Below the pieces are notes generated by a model, which saw only the letters and a list, made by a program, of their open reading frames with translations, searched no databases and was not told the DNA's origin. From Escherichia phage vB_EcoM_KWBSE43-6, in the sequence record NC_048186.1: a DNA stretch of 64,000 nt; one strand, written 5' to 3'. Made by a program: the position numbers and the translations under genes. Of this stretch, positions 29,487-37,805 are shown one piece after another; position 1 is the first letter of the stretch, and each line of letters starts with the position of its first letter.

Positions 29487-30347
29487 ATGAAACCTGAATT
29501 ACAAAAACTGTTTGAGGGCGTTAATGGCCTCAGCACCGAGTTCCTGGACAAAGTGAGCGGTCTGATGGAGGCTAAAGTCGGCGAAGCCCGTCTTCAGGCT
29601 ATCCAAGAGACTGAACATGTTGCCCACCAGGAACGTCTGAAACTGGTGGAAGCGCATCAGCAAGAAATCGCTAACCTGAAAGAAACTCATATTCAGGAAG
29701 TGGCGACCAAAGTTGATGCATTCCTGAATGCCGTGGTTGAAGAATGGGCGAACAAAAATGCTCCGGCTATTGACGCTACCATCAAAACCGAAGCGGCTGA
29801 AAAATTCCTGTCTGGTATGGTCAACGTGCTGAAAGAAGCCAACGTTGAATTTACTGTAGACACCGACGGCCAGATCGCGGCCCTGACTCATCGTCTGGCG
29901 GAAGCAGAAAAACGTGCAAACGTTTCTGAATCCGAGCTGAAACAGATCCGTGAACAAGAAAGTGTCCGCCAGCGCAATAACGTCATTGACGAAATTTGCG
30001 AAGGCATGGTCAGTACCAAAAAAGAAGTCGTTGTTGGCCTTCTGGAAGGTATTCAATTTTCTGACGCCTCTTCCTTCGGCGCTCGCGTTCGCACCTTCCG
30101 CAACCTGGTAGAAGGTAACAAAGACGACTTTACTGACAAAGTCGGTAAAGACAACGAAGGCGGTAAATCTTCTGATGATCAGGAAAAAGACATCAAAGAA
30201 GGCAAAAAACAGAAAAAAGAAGGCGACGATGACGATGATGACGACAACGACAACGACGATGACCCTGATGAAACCGACAAAGAACTGAAAGAGTCGGTCA
30301 GCCGTCAGCTGGAAGAATACCGTCGTATGCGTGGTCTGAAAGGCTAA
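29487..30347 (+). CDS. gp22: prohead scaffold protein gp22
   Basis: Coiled-coil, highly acidic C-terminal tract DDDDDDDNDNDDDPDE; between protease and capsid genes. Confidence 0.8.
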   Translation: MKPELQKLFEGVNGLSTEFLDKVSGLMEAKVGEARLQAIQETEHVAHQERLKLVEAHQQEIANLKETHIQEVATKVDAFLNAVVEEWANKNAPAIDATIKTEAAEKFLSGMVNVLKEANVEFTVDTDGQIAALTHRLAEAEKRANVSESELKQIREQESVRQRNNVIDEICEGMVSTKKEVVVGLLEGIQFSDASSFGARVRTFRNLVEGNKDDFTDKVGKDNEGGKSSDDQEKDIKEGKKQKKEGDDDDDDDNDNDDDPDETDKELKESVSRQLEEYRRMRGLKG

Positions 30348-30361
30348 ATTTTGCAGCCACA

Positions 30362-30389
30362 GCCCTCTATAAAAGGGGGCTTGATTTTG
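30362..30389 (+). terminator. terminator-like hairpin
   Basis: GCCCTCT ataaaa GGGGGC (one G-U pair) followed by TTGATTTTG. Confidence 0.45.
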
Positions 30390-30394
30390 AACGA

Positions 30395-30401
30395 CTAAGT
30401 A
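30395..30401 (+). promoter_or_regulatory. late-promoter-like box variant CTAAGTA
   Basis: One mismatch to CTAAATA, 41 nt upstream of ATG 30442. Confidence 0.3.
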
Positions 30402-30441
30402 ATTTCAACTTAACTGAATATCAATGTAAGGAATGAGCATC

Positions 30442-31764
30442 ATGGCTAAGAAACTTGTTACTGAACAAATGCGCGAAACGTGGCTGCCGGTTCTGAATGA
30501 AGAATCCAAATCTATTCAGCCGCTGTCTGCCGAAAACGTCGCGGTTCGCCTGCTGCAGAACCAGGCCGAATGGAACGCCAAAAACCTGGGCGAATCCGAA
30601 GCGCCGGGTTCTCTGAACACCACTGTCGGTAAATGGCAACCGGTTCTGATCGATATGGCAAAACGTCTGGCGCCGATCAACATCGCGATGGACTTCTTCG
30701 GCGTTCAGCCGCTGTCTGGTCCGGACGGTCAGATCTTCGCACTGCGTGCTCGCCAGGGCGTTGCTGACGGTTCTAACACCCAGCAGTCCCGTAAAGAACT
30801 GTTCATGCAGGAAGCCGATTCCGGTTATTCTGGTGACGGTACTGTACAGGCTGGCGACCCGTCTGGCTTCACCCAGGCTGAGATCGAAGGTTCCGGCGCT
30901 GGCACCACCACCATCGGTAAAGGTATGCCGTCGACCGACGCTGAACTGCTGGGCTCTCCGTCCAATCCGTGGGCGCGTGTTGGTATCACCGTTCAAAAAG
31001 CGACCGTTACTGCGAAATCTCGCGGCCTGTACGCTGATTACAGCCACGAACTGCGCCAGGATATGATGGCGATCCACGGCGAAGACGTGGACAACATTCT
31101 GTCCGACGTGATGGTAACTGAAATTCAGGCGGAAATGAACCGCGAATTCATCCGCACCATGAACTTCAGCGCAGTGCGTTTCAAAAAATTCGGCACCAAC
31201 GGTATCGTAGACATCGCTCAAGACATCTCCGGTCGTTGGGCGCTGGAAAAATGGAAATTCCTGACCTTCATCCTGGAAGTTGAAGCGAACGGTATCGGCG
31301 TCGACACCCGTCGTGGTAAAGGCAACCGTGTTCTGTGTTCCCCGAACGTAGCGTCCGCGCTGGCAATGTCCGGCATGCTGGATTACGCTCCAGTTCTGCA
31401 GGAAAACACCAAGCTGGCGGTTGACCCGACTGGTCAGACCTTTGCGGGCGTTCTGTCCAACGGTATGCGCGTCTATATCGACCCGTATGCAGTAGCAGAA
31501 TATATCACCCTGGCGTACAAAGGCGCAACTGCGCTGGATGCTGGTATCTTCTTCGCACCTTACGTGCCGCTGGAAATGTACCGTACCCAGGGTGAAAGCA
31601 CCTTCGCACCGCGTATGGCGTTCAAAACCCGTTACGGTATCTGCGCGAACCCGTTCGTACAGATCCCGGCGAACCAAGACCCGCAGGTATACGTTACTGC
31701 CGATGGCATCGCCCAAGACAGCAACCCGTACTTCCGTAAAGGTCTCATCAAATCTCTGTTCTAA
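30442..31764 (+). CDS. gp23: major capsid protein gp23
   Basis: ATG 30442 preferred (ATG 30433 abuts the SD); FFGVQPLSGPDGQIFALRA and KSRGLYADYSHELRQDMMAIHG match T4 gp23. Confidence 0.9.
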   Translation: MAKKLVTEQMRETWLPVLNEESKSIQPLSAENVAVRLLQNQAEWNAKNLGESEAPGSLNTTVGKWQPVLIDMAKRLAPINIAMDFFGVQPLSGPDGQIFALRARQGVADGSNTQQSRKELFMQEADSGYSGDGTVQAGDPSGFTQAEIEGSGAGTTTIGKGMPSTDAELLGSPSNPWARVGITVQKATVTAKSRGLYADYSHELRQDMMAIHGEDVDNILSDVMVTEIQAEMNREFIRTMNFSAVRFKKFGTNGIVDIAQDISGRWALEKWKFLTFILEVEANGIGVDTRRGKGNRVLCSPNVASALAMSGMLDYAPVLQENTKLAVDPTGQTFAGVLSNGMRVYIDPYAVAEYITLAYKGATALDAGIFFAPYVPLEMYRTQGESTFAPRMAFKTRYGICANPFVQIPANQDPQVYVTADGIAQDSNPYFRKGLIKSLF

Positions 31765-31784
31765 TCGGACAGCTGATCTGAATC

Positions 31785-31812
31785 AAACCCCGCCATGTGC
31801 GGGGTTTTTCTT
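31785..31812 (+). terminator. rho-independent terminator (sequence repeated at 49594)
   Basis: AAACCCCGC catgt GCGGGGTTT TTCTTT. Confidence 0.65.
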
Positions 31813-31863
31813 TATACACCCTCAGTGTTATTATATTATGGTCTATCACTGAGGAAACAAAAC

Positions 31864-32109
31864 ATGAATCTGTCAGGAGCAGCAATTGATGTTCTATACC
31901 AACTTTTCTGGTTTGGGCCAAGAGAAGCTGGTGAAATTCCGTCTAAATCTGGTGAGTTGGAATTGTTGTCTAAAGGGTTGTGCGAAAGATTAGATCTGGT
32001 TTCTACACCCAAAGGCAAAGATACTCATCTCTGCGTTTTGACTCCAAATGGTTACATCCAATCCCGCGCTCTTTTCTTCCATTCCAACAAACAGGAAATC
32101 AAATCATGA
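31864..32109 (+). CDS. hypothetical protein, 81 aa
   Basis: ATG 31864 after GAGGA; SD lies in right arm of inverted repeat CCTCAGTG/CACTGAGG. Confidence 0.5.
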   Translation: MNLSGAAIDVLYQLFWFGPREAGEIPSKSGELELLSKGLCERLDLVSTPKGKDTHLCVLTPNGYIQSRALFFHSNKQEIKS

Positions 32110-32426
32110 GTATTCAATTAACCATTTCTTCCCTGATCCCAGCGTTCGGCAGCAATCTGGAACAAATCACTTACATCCGTAATCGGCTGGAAGATGTGGC
32201 GTTCCAATTGGGGTATGTGGAACCTCCTCGGGAAGTAAAAGAAGCGGAGGATGCTGCGGCACCTTCCAACCTCATCGATGCGTATGATGAAATCGGGCGT
32301 AAAACGAACGTTGTCATACAGCAAATTTTTGAATATATCGGGTTTATAGAAAACGCGCTGGGGAATTCTTACCACCCCCAGTCTGATTCGGTTAAGGAAA
32401 TTGTTCCAACATCTAATGGTATTTAA
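32106..32426 (+). CDS. hypothetical protein, 106 aa
   Basis: ATGA overlap with upstream stop. Confidence 0.55.
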   Translation: MSIQLTISSLIPAFGSNLEQITYIRNRLEDVAFQLGYVEPPREVKEAEDAAAPSNLIDAYDEIGRKTNVVIQQIFEYIGFIENALGNSYHPQSDSVKEIVPTSNGI

Positions 32427-32464
32427 AGAGAGGGCGCAGTCGCGCCCTTTTATTTGGGGGTTTT

Positions 32465-32713
32465 ATGTACTCAAATATTTCAAACTCTGAAGCCCTGTCT
32501 TTGGCTAAACGATACCATTGCTTCAAGTCCCGCGCCGGGCATTCCTGGGATAAAAAGGCGTGGATCAAGCAATTACAGATACAAATAGAGATAATGGAAT
32601 CTCTATCCACTCAGTGCGGAAATAACCCATTCGCTGCCCGTTGTCTTGAACAAGAGTATGCAACTCTTAAAATGCAACTGAACACTGCGATGTCACACGT
32701 TTTGCACTCTTAA
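32465..32713 (+). CDS. hypothetical protein, 82 aa
   Basis: ATG 32465 after hairpin GGGCGC agtc GCGCCC. Confidence 0.5.
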   Translation: MYSNISNSEALSLAKRYHCFKSRAGHSWDKKAWIKQLQIQIEIMESLSTQCGNNPFAARCLEQEYATLKMQLNTAMSHVLHS

Positions 32714-32742
32714 CTTTTCAATAAACAGATTTCAATTATTAT
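32714..32742 (+). promoter_or_regulatory. early-promoter-like element (-35 CTTTTC, 17 bp, -10 TATTAT)
   Basis: -35 immediately followed by AATAAAC; 30 nt upstream of ATG 32772. Confidence 0.35.
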
Positions 32743-32771
32743 TCACCCACAATCTAAACGAGGAACAACTG

Positions 32772-32978
32772 ATGGCCCGCGAAGACAATTCACAGATTTC
32801 TACCAACGCCAACTCAACCTTCAATGAGTGGCACAACACCCTTGAGCGCGTAGCACGTTCTCAAGGTGGTTCAGCTGCTGACGCCGATGCCTGGCGTGAA
32901 GATTATGACAATGGCAAGACTCCGCGCCAGGCATGGGAAGACGAATGGGGATGGGAAGATGCAGACACTAATTCGTAA
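32772..32978 (+). CDS. hypothetical protein, 68 aa
   Basis: ATG 32772 with GAGGAA upstream. Confidence 0.45.
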   Translation: MAREDNSQISTNANSTFNEWHNTLERVARSQGGSAADADAWREDYDNGKTPRQAWEDEWGWEDADTNS

Positions 32979-33189
32979 AATCTTTCTGGATAAAAAGGGG
33001 ATGGAATCAAAGGTCGAAATCATCACGACTCAAAAATTGTTTGAGAAAGGTGAAACTCGATACTATCTTAATGTGTTCCTTTACCTTCCAGAATGCAGCC
33101 TGAACCGCGATATTACCCAACCGGATGGAACTGTGGTCCGTTGGGAAATAGCCAAACAGGAAGATGTTGAAAAAGACATATCACTTTGA
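32959..33189 (+). CDS. hypothetical protein, 76 aa
   Basis: First in-frame ATG giving minimal overlap with upstream gene. Confidence 0.4.
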   Translation: MQTLIRKIFLDKKGMESKVEIITTQKLFEKGETRYYLNVFLYLPECSLNRDITQPDGTVVRWEIAKQEDVEKDISL

Positions 33190-33204
33190 AGCGAGATCTA
33201 TATC

Positions 33205-33642
33205 ATGACAAATAAATTCATTTTTCTGGACGTTCGCGGTAAACGATTCTTCAAAACCGATCTGGACGAAAAGACAGAAGGGTTCCAGGGGCGATTATCA
33301 TATTTGTTGCCGACAGGCGATATCGACACCCAAAGATATGTGGCGGATGTACGGGATCTCCTGGATTGTGGTTGGGTTGAAATTCCTAACCCCCAGGTGT
33401 TGACCGTCAACCTGTATTACATGAAGGAAAGTGGGAAGTATTATTCCAATGGAGAACTCCACCTCCTTCGTTCTGAAGTCACTGCCGATCCAGCCAAGAG
33501 TTGGTACAATGCTAGAGAAACCGTCCGGAAGATGGTTGATGAAGGCAATTTGCCTGGCCTGGTATCCGGTTCTCGTTACGATGTGTTCATGTCCTGTGAA
33601 GAGCACCCGTGTTATGTGCCCACTTTGGTGAAGGTGAAATGA
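33205..33642 (+). CDS. hypothetical protein, 145 aa
   Basis: ATG 33205. Confidence 0.55.
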   Translation: MTNKFIFLDVRGKRFFKTDLDEKTEGFQGRLSYLLPTGDIDTQRYVADVRDLLDCGWVEIPNPQVLTVNLYYMKESGKYYSNGELHLLRSEVTADPAKSWYNARETVRKMVDEGNLPGLVSGSRYDVFMSCEEHPCYVPTLVKVK

Positions 33643-34022
33643 TGGAACTCTTAACTGTTGGTGACGTTTTCGAATTGACGCCGGATATGAAAATCGGCAC
33701 AAATGTCCCTAATCATTTCCTGTATTCAAATCGAGTAGGTGATTGGACGCTTTCTCATGGGAGCGTATATCCAGAAGGCGTGTTTGATTATATGCTTGGG
33801 AATTATGTGGTCACCAAAACTGCCAAAGACGGCGGTGGTACTGGTCATGGCCCAGGCGACGTCTATCCCGACGGGCATCACGTTTGGGCGCAGAATGTGG
33901 ACAACGAGAATATCGTAATTGATTTCTATCAGACTGGTTGTTTCACTAATATGCATCGTAATGTGTCCGTCATCGGAAAAGCAAAGGCTCAGAAATGGTC
34001 TTGGGAACGTTTAGATGGGTAG
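33639..34022 (+). CDS. hypothetical protein, 127 aa
   Basis: ATGA overlap with upstream stop. Confidence 0.55.
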   Translation: MMELLTVGDVFELTPDMKIGTNVPNHFLYSNRVGDWTLSHGSVYPEGVFDYMLGNYVVTKTAKDGGGTGHGPGDVYPDGHHVWAQNVDNENIVIDFYQTGCFTNMHRNVSVIGKAKAQKWSWERLDG

Positions 34023-34179
34023 ATCCCTCGTTTCTCATCATTACCGTGACCTCATAAAGCGTCTGGAGCGCAAAGGTATCTTTGAGGGAATGGATAAAGA
34101 AAAGGTGAAGGTCTTGAAAGAAGAAATTCATGAAGCCATTAAAGACACTTCTCGTTCCACATATTTCAAAACTTTATAG
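34015..34179 (+). CDS. small protein, 54 aa
   Basis: ATG 34015 overlapping upstream stop; not in ORF track; weak SD. Confidence 0.3.
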   Translation: MGRSLVSHHYRDLIKRLERKGIFEGMDKEKVKVLKEEIHEAIKDTSRSTYFKTL

Positions 34180-34189
34180 GCTATAACAA

Positions 34190-34630
34190 ATGAAAACTCT
34201 CGAACAAATTTTAGAAGGTCATAAAACAGGAACTTTGTCAGCGGCTTTAGACGGTCGTGACCTGGTTCGCCTGTCTCAGTTTTTGACAGTTGAGCAAATT
34301 GAAAGTCTGGGATTGTCTTTCGAATCTTCTGAAAAACGTGAATCCCATGTCCCGGTTGAATTCACCAAAGAAAATATCCTGAAACAACTGGAAAAGGACG
34401 TCGCCTTTGGGTTTGAAAAGGCTCTGAATCGTCGTGGGATTAGTTCTAGCCTTATGTACGAAGTCGTACAAATGTGGAACTGTATCCTTGAAGAAGGTCT
34501 CGAAGATTTTGATTCGTATGCGATGTACGGCCTTCCTCTGTTTAAAGCAACTGCTGTCAAATACGGGTTTGACAACCCAATCGGTGATGACACAGGTGCC
34601 GAAGATCATTATGAAGAGCAGGGCTATTAA
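34190..34630 (+). CDS. hypothetical protein, 146 aa
   Basis: ATG 34190. Confidence 0.55.
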   Translation: MKTLEQILEGHKTGTLSAALDGRDLVRLSQFLTVEQIESLGLSFESSEKRESHVPVEFTKENILKQLEKDVAFGFEKALNRRGISSSLMYEVVQMWNCILEEGLEDFDSYAMYGLPLFKATAVKYGFDNPIGDDTGAEDHYEEQGY

Positions 34631-34631
34631 T

Positions 34632-34868
34632 ATGCGTATCAAAAAGATCGGATCCAGCCCGCTGACTGGTACTATCTTCTACGGCACCCTGGAAACCAAA
34701 ACCAGCATGTGGGTAGGGGATAAAATTGATGTCACCGAAGAGTGTGTCGCAGCGACGGCTGAGCATATGCGTCATATCAAGAAAGACTACTGCTACAAAA
34801 CGCCTGATGGAAAATATCTGGTGTTGTCTGCTGAAGTCCACGATACTCTTCCGGACAGATTCAAATAA
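34632..34868 (+). CDS. hypothetical protein, 78 aa
   Basis: ATG 34632 two nt after upstream stop. Confidence 0.5.
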   Translation: MRIKKIGSSPLTGTIFYGTLETKTSMWVGDKIDVTEECVAATAEHMRHIKKDYCYKTPDGKYLVLSAEVHDTLPDRFK

Positions 34869-34891
34869 TTTAAAAATATTCAATAAACGGG

Positions 34892-34920
34892 GTTTACTTC
34901 TTCAATAAACCCCGTATACT
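34892..34920 (+). promoter_or_regulatory. early-promoter-like element (-35 GTTTAC, 17 bp, -10 TATACT)
   Basis: Matches T4 early promoter pattern as remembered; contains 17-mer TTTACTTCTTCAATAAA also found at 52830. Confidence 0.4.
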
Positions 34921-34969
34921 TCATTTCATAAGCAGTACGACACCAACTCTGAAATGAAGGAACTATATC

Positions 34970-35392
34970 ATGATCACTCCCAACATCACCGCCTATGCGT
35001 TTGACGACTTCGCCAATTTTGATTCATTCATCAAGAAATTTGGTGTGAATTCCGTCGAAGCCAAGCAATTGTATGGTTCCGATCGTCTGAGCAAAACCGC
35101 CCAGATCAAAGCTACGTTGGAAGAACTGATTGAGTCCTTGGGTGAATCCTTCCGCGCCAAAATCTATAAGAAGGACGGTGGCCTGCGCCAACTGAAAGGC
35201 AAGACTGTCATTCATGAGGCTGATCAATTTACCGTATCTATGCATTTCACGTTCAAGCCTGAATATGAACTTTTTTCCAACGGCGAGGATTCCACCCATT
35301 ACGTCATAGCCAAAGGTAGCAATCGCCCAGTATTTGAATCCGGTGATATCATGGCAGCAATCAATGAAATGGAACGCCTGAATAAAGCATAA
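34970..35392 (+). CDS. hypothetical protein, 140 aa
   Basis: ATG 34970 with GAAGGA upstream. Confidence 0.55.
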   Translation: MITPNITAYAFDDFANFDSFIKKFGVNSVEAKQLYGSDRLSKTAQIKATLEELIESLGESFRAKIYKKDGGLRQLKGKTVIHEADQFTVSMHFTFKPEYELFSNGEDSTHYVIAKGSNRPVFESGDIMAAINEMERLNKA

Positions 35393-35421
35393 CTATTCAA
35401 TAGTCACTATCGGGGTATGAT
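35393..35421 (+). promoter_or_regulatory. early-promoter-like element (-35 CTATTC, 17 bp, -10 TATGAT)
   Basis: TTCAATA-N9-GGGGTATGAT shared with 47033 and 53390. Confidence 0.35.
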
Positions 35422-35461
35422 AAACTTCGTACCCTACACAAATTGATGAGGTCTATATATC

Positions 35462-35722
35462 ATGGCTTGTGCGTCATCTATTCCGAAAATGCTTATCCTG
35501 AAATGGTATGAGCACAGTATTTATGCTCGCATCAAATCAGCTGCGAAAGAGGGTCGAAAAACGATCGAATTATTCCGTCCTTGCGCATCCTCCAAAGCGC
35601 ATCGCGATACATTCGTCTTACTGCGTGAATTGGAACGACTCGGCATCAAAATCGAACCTATGCCATGCAGTAACCCGATGGTCAATCTCTTCGTTCTGAG
35701 CAATTTTGAGAATTTGGAATGA
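35462..35722 (+). CDS. hypothetical protein, 86 aa
   Basis: ATG 35462. Confidence 0.5.
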   Translation: MACASSIPKMLILKWYEHSIYARIKSAAKEGRKTIELFRPCASSKAHRDTFVLLRELERLGIKIEPMPCSNPMVNLFVLSNFENLE

Positions 35723-36162
35723 ATACGATTATCCTCATAACTGGTTCGCGTTCTATTACGGAGCGCGACAAAATCTTTGAAAAGTTAGACGAACTTTCTC
35801 ATACAGATTCCGTTTGTAATCTGTATCATCCGTGCGATACCCTATTGATCGCTGGGGAGGCTGTCGGCGTCGATACGATCTGCAAAGATTGGGCTGAATC
35901 CAGAGGGGTGACTTATCTCGGGATGCCTATCCCCGATGAATACTTCGCTACATATGGGAAAGGGGCTGGAAACAAACGCAACCAGGACATGTTAGACAAG
36001 GCGTTGGAGTTATCACAGAAATACAAGGCGGAGATACTGCCTCTGGCTTTCTGGGACGGTTCATCGACTGGTACGCAGGATATGATCAAACGAATCAACA
36101 AAGCAGGGTTGCATTGTAAGGTCATGCTCTTGGGTAAGCCAAAAACCAAACGCCTTCTGTAA
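35719..36162 (+). CDS. SLOG-like (YpsA/DUF2493-type) Rossmann-fold protein, 147 aa
   Basis: N-terminal ILITGSRS strand-loop, central IAGEAVGVD glycine loop, C-terminal WDGSSTGT; pattern recalled from SLOG family. Confidence 0.45.
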   Translation: MNTIILITGSRSITERDKIFEKLDELSHTDSVCNLYHPCDTLLIAGEAVGVDTICKDWAESRGVTYLGMPIPDEYFATYGKGAGNKRNQDMLDKALELSQKYKAEILPLAFWDGSSTGTQDMIKRINKAGLHCKVMLLGKPKTKRLL

Positions 36163-36185
36163 TTTGTTAACACTGGAGACGTCCC

Positions 36186-36353
36186 ATGATCATTTTTCAA
36201 CTGTTTTGCTATTTGTTCACTCTGTACTTTCTGGTTGCTGTCGGTTATGAAACCTTCCGTGACCTGGCATCGAGCCAGTATGCGTCCAAACTGGTTTATG
36301 CTAAGAAATTTGCTGTCCGCTTCTGGAGCAATTTTCTGTATCGCCTCCCCTGA
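36186..36353 (+). CDS. small membrane protein, 55 aa
   Basis: ATG 36186 with GGAGA upstream; N-terminal hydrophobic helix; not in ORF track. Confidence 0.35.
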   Translation: MIIFQLFCYLFTLYFLVAVGYETFRDLASSQYASKLVYAKKFAVRFWSNFLYRLP

Positions 36354-36354
36354 T

Positions 36355-36383
36355 TTAAATACCCCCATCAATTGGGGGTATTT
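36355..36383 (+). promoter_or_regulatory. late-promoter-like box TTAAATA inside an 11-bp palindrome abutting the start codon
   Basis: Arms AAATACCCCCA 36357-36367 and TGGGGGTATTT 36373-36383, 5-nt loop; ATG 36388. Confidence 0.5.
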
Positions 36384-36387
36384 TCTT

Positions 36388-37116
36388 ATGAACGCACAAA
36401 TTTATGACGCCCTTGAACAAGGCAATGCATTTAACAATCCTCTCCCGGGATTCTCTGCTACTTCTCAGACGTTAATCACCAGTGGCCAACAAAGTATAGC
36501 TGGTATTACAAGCATCCCGGATACGTCCGTTCAGGCGGCGATAACCGCTGGTGGTTTGACTCCTGCTAAACTCAATACAATGAACACCATGTACGGGACT
36601 GCCAACACCGGGATCGGGACTCTGAATTCTTATGGTGACCAGACCGTTAATGAGGCATACAATAGGATCGGAACTTCAGTATCCTATAAATCCGGCCTCA
36701 AAAGTATTGAACGAGAACCCACCAACTGTGATTTGATTAACAACGCATTCGGTGTTGTACAGACACTTGGTCGTCAATGGTTGACTGCAATGGAGGATGC
36801 CTTATCTCCAATAACAGACAAAGTTCAAGAACTGTATGATCTGGCCAAACAAGGCGCGGCGGCGGGGCTGGCCAAAATACAGGCATTAGCCTCACAGGTC
36901 AACGGATTAATCAATGACGCTGTAGCAAAGGTGAATGGTGTTATTCAGAACATCACTGATGGGATAGCTGCTGAGTTAGCTCATATTGAAGATATGGTGA
37001 AGAAGTGTCTTAATTTCTCCTTTGCTAATGTTCTTGGCGAATGGGCAAAAGATCTTTGCGCAGGCGGTGTCATCAACAATATCGGTTCTAATGATCTGAA
37101 AAATGCCCTGAAATAA
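36388..37116 (+). CDS. hypothetical late protein, 242 aa, coiled-coil-rich (possible virion component)
   Basis: ATG 36388; same palindromic late element as two tail-spike genes. Confidence 0.6.
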   Translation: MNAQIYDALEQGNAFNNPLPGFSATSQTLITSGQQSIAGITSIPDTSVQAAITAGGLTPAKLNTMNTMYGTANTGIGTLNSYGDQTVNEAYNRIGTSVSYKSGLKSIEREPTNCDLINNAFGVVQTLGRQWLTAMEDALSPITDKVQELYDLAKQGAAAGLAKIQALASQVNGLINDAVAKVNGVIQNITDGIAAELAHIEDMVKKCLNFSFANVLGEWAKDLCAGGVINNIGSNDLKNALK

Positions 37117-37767
37117 TCAGGGCACAGTCCTTGCTGGCAGAACTCCCACTGGCTCAATACCTTCCACCAGGAGGGAGTTCACGCCTACATCGCTCAACCT
37201 AATCCATATCTTCCCACCAGGCTTAATTTCAAAAACGTTCATTTCATTTCCAACCGCTTCATTATTCACAAATACACCTTGTGTTGCGATCCTGATAGGC
37301 TTCTTCGTGTTGTTTGTGATTTGAAATGTAACAGTTATATCCGTGGTCAGATTAACTCCCTGTTTCATGGTGTAGCGTTTTATTTTGTCGTAGAATGATG
37401 GATTGAATGTGATGATGATGCTGTTGTTCTGTGAGTAATAAATACTTGCTGACAAGTAAGGAATTTTGCCTTCTTCCCCTTTGCGTAAAAGAGGGATGGT
37501 GGTTTTCCAGTATGGTCGCAAAGTGTCTTTATTGTCATCAAAACAACCGACAGGCTGGAGATTTTGGAAACTTTGAAACAAAATAGTGGCCTCATCCAGC
37601 ATGGATTTTTCACATTTGTTGCTGTCTGTTGAAATGGTTACTGGTACAACACGGACATCAGTATCCCAGAGGTCACTAACGGAAATGATGGGCGTGACGA
37701 AAATACGGCAACTTGTCAATACAAGTACCATAAAAATCATCACAATCCATCTTCTGATTCCGCGCAT
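37117..37767 (-). CDS. predicted lipoprotein, 216 aa
   Basis: Minus ATG at 37765-37767; signal peptide MRGIRRWIVMIFMVLVLTSC with lipobox LTSC; stop abuts stop of converging plus gene. Confidence 0.6.
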   Translation of the reverse strand: MRGIRRWIVMIFMVLVLTSCRIFVTPIISVSDLWDTDVRVVPVTISTDSNKCEKSMLDEATILFQSFQNLQPVGCFDDNKDTLRPYWKTTIPLLRKGEEGKIPYLSASIYYSQNNSIIITFNPSFYDKIKRYTMKQGVNLTTDITVTFQITNNTKKPIRIATQGVFVNNEAVGNEMNVFEIKPGGKIWIRLSDVGVNSLLVEGIEPVGVLPARTVP

Positions 37768-37805
37768 CAGGGACACAATTAATCTCCACAGCAAAGGTGC
37801 TAACA

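Noticed and set aside
30433-30441. ATG 30433 as start of the major capsid gene
   Set aside because: The SD TAAGGA ends immediately before 30433 with zero spacing; ATG 30442 has 9-nt spacing and gives an N-terminus like T4 gp23.
30421-31716. 431-aa minus-strand ORF antisense to the major capsid gene, and similar long antisense ORFs (13147-13932, 14740-15630, 23927-24880, 26701-27555, 47469-48284, 48393-49067, 50207-51547)
   Set aside because: Each lies entirely inside a plus-strand gene with clear homology or motifs, has no SD, and is the kind of stop-poor antisense frame expected in GC-rich coding DNA.
36388-37116. Calling the 36388 gene an endolysin because it carries the T4 gene e-type hairpin
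   Set aside because: The protein is Gly/Ala/Thr-rich and coiled-coil-like with no lysozyme or amidase motif; only the regulatory architecture is shared.
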